A DNA stretch of 64,000 nt from a virus. Position 1 is the stretch's first letter. Every line of letters starts with the position of its first letter. The notes beneath the pieces were generated by a model. The model saw only the letters and a program-made list of their open reading frames with translations, ran no database searches and was not told the origin of the DNA. Positions 55,737-64,000 of the stretch are shown here, piece after piece. The DNA lies in the IMG/VR virus record IMGVR_UViG_3300044858_001565, positions 16,517 through 80,516 of that record; one strand, 5' to 3'. Made by a program: the position numbers and the translations under genes.

Positions 55737-57382
55737 CCTTCTTCATCATCAGGCACTATTTCACCAATGGTAACCTGCGGTCCTTGCTGTGGAGCAGGGC
55801 TTGGTGTGGGCATGGCAGGGGCAGGCTCACCCGCTGGCTGTCCTGGTGCACCCATTCCGCCTGCTTCTGGTCCCATCGGGGCTTGCAGGAGTCCTGCGGC
55901 TTGCTCTGCGCTGATCTGCTTGTCGATCTGCTCCACATCGTCTTCTGTCTGACGGAGAATCTTCTTGCGAACCCACTCGCGGGAGTAATACTTGCCCACG
56001 AAATCTTCTGCATCCCGTGCGCTTTGCAGACGATCCTTGAGAATTTCGCTCTCCTTGAGTTCGGAGAAGTGGGAGTCCTTTGCAAACTTGAATGCCAACT
56101 GCCCTACCATCTCGTCCCAATCGGCTTCCTTGATGATGCCCTTAAGGGTCAACTGCACCCGCATCAGTTCAAGGAACAGTTCGGAGAACTTCATGCGGAG
56201 GCGTTCCACAAACTTGAAGAATTTCACCTCGTCGCGTGAAATCTCCGATGCGCGACCAAGATTGAAGCCGCTCTGCTCTTCCAAACGGGACGCAGGCACA
56301 TTTAGAGACTGAAACAGTTTCTTCTGAAAGTATTTCACATCTTCCATCTCGGACAGGTTCTGACCTGCTTCAAGGGTCTGAATCTCTGTGCCACGACCGC
56401 CTTCACGACGGGGCATCCAGAAATCCTCAAGCATGGACAGGTGCTTGCGGGAATCCGCGACCTCTCCTGTGTTGGGATCGTACATGAGTTTGTTGCGGTA
56501 GCGATTCATCAAGCCACGCACATACTCTTCAGCCTTCTGCTTGGGCAGATTGCCCACATCCACATAGAACACACGCCTCTCGGGAGCGCGGGTGATGCGG
56601 TAGATCACCACCGCGTCTTCAATCATGCGGAGTTGGTTCAGTGCCTTGATTGCCTTGTGTAGGTAGCCGATGATCTTCTTGTGATACCCGTCAAACATAC
56701 CAGAGTTTACAAAGCAAATAGCATCAGGGCTGATCTTAAGCCCTTCCATCGACAGTGCGGTGGAATTTGGTTCGCTCTCGTTGTAGACATAGAACTCTTC
56801 CACATTGGTAACAACCTGCACACCGGCGGGGGCTTGATCCTTCAGGGGCTTCTTGTTTATCTTTCGGATTTTGCGAATCTTGATTGGATCAATAGGTCGC
56901 AGTTCCTGAATGCCCTTTTTCTTGTTGCCCTCATCAATAATGATGTGGTAATACAAGCGGCTGTCCACATACCACTTTCTGAAAATCTCATAACCACGAC
57001 GAGAGAAGTTCAGGAGTTGCAGAACTTCCTCAAACTCTGCTTCAACCTTGTCCTTGATGGTCTTCGGCTGCTTCAGGTTCGTGGTGTCAATCTTCACCGT
57101 GGTAAAGGTATCATCGTAGACAATGGCTTCGTTGCAGATATCTGAAATCGCAGACTCCACTTCAGGGTGGAGTGCCATGTCACGATACTTCTTGATAAGA
57201 TCAATATCTGACTTGATGGTACCGTCAAAGTCTACGACGGTTCCAAAATAGCCACCGACCTCTACCGGTACTGCACCGTCATCGTAGTCGGGAGCAACAA
57301 AAGAAACGGACTTCCGAGGAGTCTCATCCCCGGAAGCCCCTTTCCCTCTAACAAGTTCAAAGCCAAATAGTTTGATAGCCAT
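55724..57382 (-). CDS. gp20: Portal protein (gp20)
   Basis: YLHKAIKALNQLRMIEDAVVIYRITRAPERRVFYVDVGNLP, EDFWMPRREGGRGTEI. Confidence 0.98.
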   Translation of the reverse strand: MAIKLFGFELVRGKGASGDETPRKSVSFVAPDYDDGAVPVEVGGYFGTVVDFDGTIKSDIDLIKKYRDMALHPEVESAISDICNEAIVYDDTFTTVKIDTTNLKQPKTIKDKVEAEFEEVLQLLNFSRRGYEIFRKWYVDSRLYYHIIIDEGNKKKGIQELRPIDPIKIRKIRKINKKPLKDQAPAGVQVVTNVEEFYVYNESEPNSTALSMEGLKISPDAICFVNSGMFDGYHKKIIGYLHKAIKALNQLRMIEDAVVIYRITRAPERRVFYVDVGNLPKQKAEEYVRGLMNRYRNKLMYDPNTGEVADSRKHLSMLEDFWMPRREGGRGTEIQTLEAGQNLSEMEDVKYFQKKLFQSLNVPASRLEEQSGFNLGRASEISRDEVKFFKFVERLRMKFSELFLELMRVQLTLKGIIKEADWDEMVGQLAFKFAKDSHFSELKESEILKDRLQSARDAEDFVGKYYSREWVRKKILRQTEDDVEQIDKQISAEQAAGLLQAPMGPEAGGMGAPGQPAGEPAPAMPTPSPAPQQGPQVTIGEIVPDDEEGWNT

Positions 57383-57409
57383 AAATAAAGAATCCTGTCA
57401 ATTTTAAGA

Positions 57410-58021
57410 TCAGAAACCCGAACCGATGTTGATGCCAGCCTGCTGCAACAGCGACTGGATGTTCTCTGCTCCAAGACCCGTAGCAGGAACAGCAGCGCCA
57501 GGAGCAGCCTCCCACCAAGAGTAGTTGATTGTTACTGGGAATTCAGCAATCTGGTCGTTGTTCTCATATGACAGGTCGATTGCACCGATTTCGCTCGGGA
57601 AGCACCCGATAAAGTTGTATGTGCGGAGAGCGTCGCCTGTACGGAGCAACTGCGTGACCGACCATGTGGGCATGAACTGCATGAAGTTGTTTGCAGAGAT
57701 GTTTCCAACATGGGAGTTGAAAGTGGCACTCCAGAACTCGAAAGCCGAACGCAGGCTCATGTTAGCGTCCGACATGACCGTAATGGTCCAATCCTGGAAG
57801 GTGCGGTCACCAGGCAACTTGATGCGGCGACCACGATACGGAACCTCAATGGTTCCGAGCGAGGAAGCCGGAATCTGTGCAGCCTTGCACAGGAACGAGA
57901 TTGCGCGGTTGTTGGCATAGCCGGGGATGTTTCCCGTGACCATGAACAGGTTTGTACGAACACCACCACCAGCGAAGGCGTTTACAAATCCTGAAATATT
58001 GTTTGTAGGATCTACTGGCAT
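57410..58021 (-). CDS. gp19: Tail tube protein (gp19)
   Basis: GGGVRTNLF, FLCKAAQIP, YRGRRIKLPGDRTFQDWTITV, IDLSYE. Confidence 0.95.
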   Translation of the reverse strand: MPVDPTNNISGFVNAFAGGGVRTNLFMVTGNIPGYANNRAISFLCKAAQIPASSLGTIEVPYRGRRIKLPGDRTFQDWTITVMSDANMSLRSAFEFWSATFNSHVGNISANNFMQFMPTWSVTQLLRTGDALRTYNFIGCFPSEIGAIDLSYENNDQIAEFPVTINYSWWEAAPGAAVPATGLGAENIQSLLQQAGINIGSGF

Positions 58022-58041
58022 CTTGGATTACTCCTTGGTCT

Positions 58042-58048
58042 TATTTAG
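58042..58048 (-). promoter_or_regulatory. Late promoter CTAAATA upstream of gp19
   Basis: In the gp18-gp19 gap; AAGGAG SD follows. Confidence 0.65.
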
Positions 58049-58051
58049 ACT

Positions 58052-60049
58052 TCAAGCCCCGACTTCGCTGAACTGAACGCCCGTCTTTGTAGCAACAAAG
58101 TTCAACTGGATGAAGTTGATGCTGCGAGTGGGCTTCACGAAGATGTCTGCAACGAACTCGTTGCGGTCAATGACCTCTCCGGTGTTGTTGGTTTCGTCGC
58201 ACACCACCTTGAAGTCGGTGATGCCACGGCGCTGCTGAACGGTCTTGAGGAAGGGAACCACGAGGTTCTTGAACTGTGCGCGAGTGAACGAATCGTTCTG
58301 CTCGAACAGGAAGAACTTTGAAGCCGTGGCAATTGCCTTCTCAAGCACGATGAACAGGCGACGCACATTGATGCGGTCAAAGGCACTTGGACGGGTCTGT
58401 GCGGTCTTGTCACCGAACAGGATCACGCCCTCGCCGGGGAACGACACGACAGGGTTGATCTGTCGGGTGTACAGTTCGTCGCGGTGAGCCTCGGACGATG
58501 GGTTGTACGCCAACTTCACCACATTCTTGATCTGCCCACGGTTGTAGCCTGCGGGAGAGAACCAAGCCTCGTTGGTAAATTCGGTGCGTGCAACCAGTCC
58601 TGCAATGTCTCCGTTCAGCGGAAGCAGACGGACCACATTGTTGTAGGTGTCCAACTGGTACTTCCATCCACTGTCAATGACTGCGTAGGACGAGTTGAGG
58701 TTGAGAGTGGTGTCGCGGAAGGTCTTGAGACTGTTCAAGGCTTCAAACGGCAACTTGTTCTCAACATCAGCCTGTGCAGGCGAAATGAATGCCATGCAGT
58801 CTAGACGCTTCTCGCAGACATTCTGCACAACCAACTGCTCAACGGTTGCGGAAGCAGCGCCGAGCGGAAGCAGCGAAACATCCACTGCATCGGCATCGGC
58901 AAACTTGCTCCAACCGCTTGCCCACCGCTCCGAATCGCTTGGTGCAGCCGAAGCAGCGCCAGCCATGTGAAGCGAGTTTACATTGTCAGCAAGGAATGTT
59001 CCTGCTGCAATCGGGGCACCAATACGAACCCAATCGGTTTTGGATGCGATTCCGCCTGTGTTGTCGTTGACATCAGCAGAGAGTGCCCAGACATAGTTGG
59101 ACTGATCGTTGATAACCGTGCGGTAATAGTTGCTGCTGCCGTCAAACTTCTTTGCATCAGTGGCACGGGAAAGCCCTTCAAACTTCTCAAGAAGAGAGTT
59201 TGCCGTTCCGGTCCACAGACCGTCCTTGTCCATGACAAGCACATTGATCTGATCTCCCGAACCACCTGCGTCAGCCGCAAAGGGAGTGGTGTAGGAGTTC
59301 GATCCGATGTATTTTGCGTATACGCTCTTGTGGGTGAATGCCGCACCGTTGTCCTGTGCCTTTGGCAGAAGACCGTTGATGTTCAGCGTGATTCCTGTAG
59401 CGGAACCAGACACAAGGAACACATCTCCGCTTGTGGCTCCCCGTCCAGAAACACCACTTACTGTAACGGTGGTTCCGTCAGCAAAGATGATGTCATCGCC
59501 AACAGAGAAAGCAGCAGTTGTACCGGCTGCCTTTGTGATTCGGATGCTGGACGCACCAAGAGCAGCCTGGGCGACTAGAGTTCCAGTTGTGGTTCCAGGT
59601 CCACTCGTAACAACAACCTTCAGGCTGTTTCCTAGGGCACCAGGATACTTTGATCCAAAAACCACACCCGCAACAGCAGCGGTTGATGTTGGAAGCCCTG
59701 CGCTTGCTCCAAACTGTGTTTCGTTATTGATGACCAGAGTGGCTACTCCGGTCAGACCAGCCTTGGTTACGCTGGCGTTCTTTGCCGCAGCGCCGACCAC
59801 ACGAACAACCTGGCAGTTGTTGCCATACGACAGGAAGTTGCCTGCGGTAAAGAAGTCCAGGTAGTTGTTGTTGTCGGGCTTGCCAAAAATATTGGCAAGT
59901 TCGGTCTGCTGGGTAACGGTGACGATTTCGTCAACCGGACCCCAGTGGAAGTATCCTGCAAAACCACCAGGTGTGGTGGCAACGGCAGGGACAACGGTTG
60001 TCAGGTCAATTTCCTTGATGCTTACGCCGGGGCTTACTCTAAATGCCAT
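58052..60049 (-). CDS. gp18: Tail sheath protein (gp18)
   Basis: SPGVSIKEIDLT, WFSPAGYNRG, LFGDKT, FDRINVRRLF, KPTRSINFIQLNFVA. Confidence 0.97.
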   Translation of the reverse strand: MAFRVSPGVSIKEIDLTTVVPAVATTPGGFAGYFHWGPVDEIVTVTQQTELANIFGKPDNNNYLDFFTAGNFLSYGNNCQVVRVVGAAAKNASVTKAGLTGVATLVINNETQFGASAGLPTSTAAVAGVVFGSKYPGALGNSLKVVVTSGPGTTTGTLVAQAALGASSIRITKAAGTTAAFSVGDDIIFADGTTVTVSGVSGRGATSGDVFLVSGSATGITLNINGLLPKAQDNGAAFTHKSVYAKYIGSNSYTTPFAADAGGSGDQINVLVMDKDGLWTGTANSLLEKFEGLSRATDAKKFDGSSNYYRTVINDQSNYVWALSADVNDNTGGIASKTDWVRIGAPIAAGTFLADNVNSLHMAGAASAAPSDSERWASGWSKFADADAVDVSLLPLGAASATVEQLVVQNVCEKRLDCMAFISPAQADVENKLPFEALNSLKTFRDTTLNLNSSYAVIDSGWKYQLDTYNNVVRLLPLNGDIAGLVARTEFTNEAWFSPAGYNRGQIKNVVKLAYNPSSEAHRDELYTRQINPVVSFPGEGVILFGDKTAQTRPSAFDRINVRRLFIVLEKAIATASKFFLFEQNDSFTRAQFKNLVVPFLKTVQQRRGITDFKVVCDETNNTGEVIDRNEFVADIFVKPTRSINFIQLNFVATKTGVQFSEVGA

Positions 60050-60134
60050 TTTTGGGTTCTCCTTCGTGAAGAAGTCAATTCTTTATGACTGCGCTTCTGA
60101 GAGTATGTATTATTTTGAACCATTCACGAAAGGG

Positions 60135-61817
60135 TCAGAAACTCCACCCCATATCTAGGTTTTCACCCCTTCCCATCTGCCACGATGTGCCCCGTCCGTC
60201 CACAAAAGTAGACTCGGGAGAACCGTCGTCCACAAATCCAAAGGGGGTCATCTCTTCTTCCAAATTTTTCATTTGCTCTTCATACAAATCCTTGCGGATA
60301 TCACTGCCTGTAATGGACTTGAAATACGCTTGTGTGGTGAGCCACGAGAACAACACAAGGGTCATCACCAAATCGTCGTTGTGGTTTTCTTCTGCCTCAA
60401 AGGAGTCGCCCTTGGCAACAAAGGAGCAGAACTCGTCCACCGTGTCAAAGTCTTCCACCACCAGTTTGGTGTCTTCTATCAGATTTTTCAAAATAGAGCA
60501 GCCGATGCGCTTCACAGCAGTGGAAGTCTTTACCCCTTTCAGAGAGCCGCCTTTGCCACCGAAGCCACCGTTCACCACCTGCCCCTTGCGCCCCTGCATG
60601 GACACATACACGATGTTGTCGTATTCCAAGTCATCGTGCAGAATGTCTGCCACCTGTCCGCCAATATCGTTTACTTCAATCAAGCAGTACGAATTGTTGT
60701 ACTGCCGCAGTATGGGATAGATGGCATTGGGATACAACATGGGAGCCAACTGGTTGTTTCGGAATGTGACAACTTGCCGATACGGAATGCTGGTCACATC
60801 TATAACAGAATATGCGTGGTAGTCCAGTCCCTGTCCCCGTGCGGTGTCCACCACCGTGATGTATTTGTTGCCAGGAACAGGACGAGCGTATACCTTTAGC
60901 CCCTCTCCATTTCTGAATTCAGGTGTCTTGTACACCAAACACTTCAATTTTTCAGAATGCACAAGGGTGTGCATGGAGCCAAGGAATTCACACTCAAACT
61001 CCGTGCGGAACTGCTCTTCGCTGGTGTTTGAAATGGTCTGCTTTTTCCACGCATCATCGCGTCCAGGCACATCGCTCCAGTGGACTTCAATAGGCACATA
61101 TTCGTTCTTGCCGTCTTCTCCCGGTCGCTTGTTGGCGTTCACCCAGAAACGGTAGAACATATTCAAGCCCTTTGGCGTTGAAATGATCGTGACCTTCGTG
61201 CTTTGACCGCTGGTAATGGTGGGATACACGGACGAGAAGAACTCTTCTGCCACATTCTGCGGCACATACGCAAACTCGTCAAGAAAGATGTAGTTGAACG
61301 ATCCACCACGCACCGCAGACGATGATGTGGCTGACGCAAGAATCTTGGAGCCGTTCTCCAGCACGATTGACCCCTTGTTCCACTCCACCACGCCCTGCTG
61401 CAACCACATGGGCAGGTATTCGTATGCGAGTTTCAGGCGACCAAGCAGTTCGCGTGCTGTTGACAGTTTGTTTGCAAGAATCGCTACGCTCATGCTCTGA
61501 TTGAACAGCACATAGTGCAACATATACGCAATAATCGTGGTGGATTTACCTGTCTGTCGGGGGAGTTTGCCGATCACGAAACGGTTTTCGTGAATGGTGC
61601 GGATCATTCGCTCCTGATACTCATACGGCTCAAACGGCACCAAGCCCTTGTCAAGGGACACGATCTTTACATAATTCTTGATGAAATACAGGGGGTCTTG
61701 AGAGCATTTCACATATTCCTCAATCTGCTCAGGAGAAAAGTTAACCTGAACCCCTGCTGCCTTGAGGTTTGCGTTTCCAAGGTATTTGTTGCTTTTGTTA
61801 CTCAACGGTCTTGTCAT
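60135..61817 (-). CDS. gp17: Terminase large subunit (gp17)
   Basis: PRQTGKST, FLDEFA, ISTPKG, IEVNDIG, DDLVM. Confidence 0.97.
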   Translation of the reverse strand: MTRPLSNKSNKYLGNANLKAAGVQVNFSPEQIEEYVKCSQDPLYFIKNYVKIVSLDKGLVPFEPYEYQERMIRTIHENRFVIGKLPRQTGKSTTIIAYMLHYVLFNQSMSVAILANKLSTARELLGRLKLAYEYLPMWLQQGVVEWNKGSIVLENGSKILASATSSSAVRGGSFNYIFLDEFAYVPQNVAEEFFSSVYPTITSGQSTKVTIISTPKGLNMFYRFWVNANKRPGEDGKNEYVPIEVHWSDVPGRDDAWKKQTISNTSEEQFRTEFECEFLGSMHTLVHSEKLKCLVYKTPEFRNGEGLKVYARPVPGNKYITVVDTARGQGLDYHAYSVIDVTSIPYRQVVTFRNNQLAPMLYPNAIYPILRQYNNSYCLIEVNDIGGQVADILHDDLEYDNIVYVSMQGRKGQVVNGGFGGKGGSLKGVKTSTAVKRIGCSILKNLIEDTKLVVEDFDTVDEFCSFVAKGDSFEAEENHNDDLVMTLVLFSWLTTQAYFKSITGSDIRKDLYEEQMKNLEEEMTPFGFVDDGSPESTFVDGRGTSWQMGRGENLDMGWSF

Positions 61818-62307
61818 CCTCTATAGTCTGCCGCACATCGGGGCGGTTGTCAAATGCCTTCGTGGAAGAACGAGCGGAATTGATGATGTCCTGTAGTTCC
61901 TTTGTGGAACCAACATAGATGGACTGATTGGTGGTGCTGTTGTTTGTAACGCTTTGATCCACCTTGCGAACAGTCTTCACCCGATTGTGAAGATCCATCA
62001 GTTCGCGGTTGGTTTCTGATAGCGTCTTAATCATCTGTGCCACCACTTCATAGGCTCGGGGCTGATCGCCCTCCTGTGCCACCTGAATCACACCGTCCAG
62101 TGCGTTCTTGCCCATGTTCACCAGTTCTTTCAGATTGTCACGCACGATCTGATAGTCGGTTTTCAGGTCATTTGCCAACTCGTCATCGGTGAGTGGACGA
62201 GGAGGAACAGAAACGACCACGGCGTTCTGCGGAATGCCGGTGTTGGTCAATGGCTTTGCTTCAGGCTCTGCTCCCAGAGCCTTTTCAATATGATCGAACT
62301 CACTCAT
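61798..62307 (-). CDS. gp16: Terminase small subunit (gp16)
   Basis: DYQIVRDNL, PRAYEV, IYVGSTKELQ. Confidence 0.92.
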   Translation of the reverse strand: MSEFDHIEKALGAEPEAKPLTNTGIPQNAVVVSVPPRPLTDDELANDLKTDYQIVRDNLKELVNMGKNALDGVIQVAQEGDQPRAYEVVAQMIKTLSETNRELMDLHNRVKTVRKVDQSVTNNSTTNQSIYVGSTKELQDIINSARSSTKAFDNRPDVRQTIEDDKTVE

Positions 62308-62317
62308 GCTCTACTCC

Positions 62318-63190
62318 TTAGATGTTCCAATCCACAGTCAGACCACCAGAATCCATTGCATTCTCATATGTGGTTCCACCTGCATCAAAATCGTTTTGAT
62401 AAATCTTGATATACGGTGTGTAGTTGTTGAGATTGGAATTGGCTCCTGATGGACCAGATATTCCAATAATGTCCGTTGCGTAGTTGGGAGTGTCGGTGGT
62501 GTTTCCTGGCAGGAAGGTGATTCCACCGGCAACAAAATCCTCGTCAAACACATTCCCGTTCCACATATTCGCTTGAACCACACGGATTTCCTTGTAGTTC
62601 TTCTTGTTGCCGAACAGATAGGTCTTCATCGTGAAGTTCAGGGTGAATATGATGGATCGCCGTGTCTGAAAGTCACCTTCATAGTCTTCTTCGGAAGAAA
62701 CCGAGTTTAGGTAGATGGGCACATCAACCTTTCGGTTTATGTCATCAAAATTCATGGTGACCACAAACTCTGGCGCAAAGAACGGCAGAATTTGCTCCAC
62801 TATCCGCAGCCCGTCTTCCATGTTTCGGACATACACATACAGTCCAAAGTCAATGTTGTACGGGACTTCGGCAAAGGTGTAGTCCACCCCGCTTGGAGCA
62901 CCAGTTGGTCTGACTATGTTGCGAATGGTGCTGTTACGCTTGCGAGTGGGATCATACACATATCCCGTGATCTCAAACGCCATGCGCGGCAGGGTGATTT
63001 GGTTGGGATTGTTCAGGTAAGGATCACCAGCCAACCGCACCTTGTATTTTTCCTTCGGAGCATACGCTATGGGAACAAGGAGGGTTTTCTTGCCGCCGCT
63101 TTCCTGCTTGTCGATGTAGATTTGGTTGAACAGTGAACCAAATGCCACCACCATTCGCCGTATGGAGCCGTTGTAGAAGTTGGTAAACAT
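62318..63190 (-). CDS. gp15: Tail sheath stabiliser/terminator (gp15)
   Basis: VAFGSLFN, VPIAYAPKEK, LPRMAFE, IVEQILPFF, DYEGDF..RR. Confidence 0.94.
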   Translation of the reverse strand: MFTNFYNGSIRRMVVAFGSLFNQIYIDKQESGGKKTLLVPIAYAPKEKYKVRLAGDPYLNNPNQITLPRMAFEITGYVYDPTRKRNSTIRNIVRPTGAPSGVDYTFAEVPYNIDFGLYVYVRNMEDGLRIVEQILPFFAPEFVVTMNFDDINRKVDVPIYLNSVSSEEDYEGDFQTRRSIIFTLNFTMKTYLFGNKKNYKEIRVVQANMWNGNVFDEDFVAGGITFLPGNTTDTPNYATDIIGISGPSGANSNLNNYTPYIKIYQNDFDAGGTTYENAMDSGGLTVDWNI

Positions 63191-64000
63191 CAGTAGTTAC
63201 CCTCCGAGAACGGATCTTTCTCCGTAAAGTCGAAGATGTCGTCCTGAATCTTTTCCAACTCCAACTGGTCGTTGTCCTGCTGATCTTGGTGGTTGACCCG
63301 TATATCGGTGGTGTAAACGCCTGAAATTGGGTGGATCGCTCCACTGACTGCGCCAACGGCGTAGTCTCCTGCCTCGAATGTTCCTTCTTGTCGGTTGACA
63401 TACAGATACTTGCTTCCCAGTATGGGAACGGTGTATTTGTTCACACGACCAAAAGCCTTCTTGTTCGATGCTGTGCCTGTGTATACCTCTTCTCCGACCG
63501 CAAAAGATCCGGTTCCACCCGATCCTAGGGTCAAGCCAATCAGATAGGAGGATGTGATTTCCATGACCGCATCCATCTCTGTTTCGCCTGTGTCAATCTT
63601 CTCGTTGGAATACTTGAATGCTTCACAGGACAGTTTGAAAGAATATCTGTCTCCCGCAGGATAGAACGGATTATCGTGTTCCACGAACTTGATTTCAAAC
63701 ATTCCGTATGGGTAGTCAAAGAACACAATATCGCCTTCGCGGGGGCGACCAAGCCGCCGAATGTCTGCGTTGTGTCCCATCACATCCATGAATCTCTTCC
63801 GCGACACGATGAATGTCGCTGCTTCCTTAACATCCAGCCCAAAGCGGCTCATCTCTTGATCGCCTTCGTATCCCTCGGCATTTTCAAGATACATTTCAAT
63901 CCGATTAGCGTCCTTGAACTCGGACACCTCTTCTCCAAAAATAAGGTCTTCCGTGACTTTTTCTCGCGGAATGTAAATCATCTCATGCCCGTGGATTTTG
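63190..64000 (-). CDS. gp14: Neck protein (gp14), 5' end outside window
   Basis: YIPRE, IEMYLEN, RPREGDIVF, FEIKFVEH, DFTEKDPF; frame open to the window edge. Confidence 0.93.
   Translation of the reverse strand, partial: KIHGHEMIYIPREKVTEDLIFGEEVSEFKDANRIEMYLENAEGYEGDQEMSRFGLDVKEAATFIVSRKRFMDVMGHNADIRRLGRPREGDIVFFDYPYGMFEIKFVEHDNPFYPAGDRYSFKLSCEAFKYSNEKIDTGETEMDAVMEITSSYLIGLTLGSGGTGSFAVGEEVYTGTASNKKAFGRVNKYTVPILGSKYLYVNRQEGTFEAGDYAVGAVSGAIHPISGVYTTDIRVNHQDQQDNDQLELEKIQDDIFDFTEKDPFSEGNY

Noticed and set aside
14168-61817. Introns or inteins in gp43, gp41, gp61, uvsW or gp17
   Set aside because: Lengths are normal for these families and the motifs are contiguous
1-64000. Stop-codon reassignment; tRNA or rRNA genes
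   Set aside because: Core genes are intact in the standard code, and intergenic gaps are short with no tRNA-like sequence noticed

Overview
This is a 64 kb segment of a large T4-like myovirus genome with cyanophage-type gene order; the host cannot be determined from this window. Essentially every real gene is on the minus strand and the genes are tightly packed. In transcription order (right to left) it holds: (1) virion core gp14-15-16-17-18-19-20-(67/68-like)-21-22-23-3; (2) uvsY, a dCMP-deaminase-like gene, uvsW, gp55, gp47, gp46, rnh, gp45, gp44, gp62, regA; (3) an ~18.5 kb accessory block between regA and gp43, with a glycan-synthesis cassette (several glycosyltransferases, an epimerase, two methyltransferases, a TPR-GT2), a Thr-rich collagen-like fibre, a DUF285/BspA-like repeat protein, dUTPase, a DUF1599-like protein, UvsE, an i-type-lysozyme-like protein, an HNH nuclease, SpeD, a BglII-like nuclease, a DNA methyltransferase and GroES; (4) gp43, uvsX, gp41, gp61, thyX; (5) a fibre/adhesin cluster. 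The best candidate for an undescribed system is phage-encoded virion O-glycosylation: a G-x-T tripeptide recurs through most fibre and accessory virion proteins and in variable segments of capsid, sheath and gp15, and a TPR-glycosyltransferase sits next to a BclA-like GPT collagen. Also notable are clamp-binding-like C-termini on the HNH nuclease and the methylase, a BglII-like nuclease in a sequence where I found no AGATCT, and apparent absence of AGCT, GGCC and ACGT. All calls are by motif recognition and gene order; all counts are by eye.
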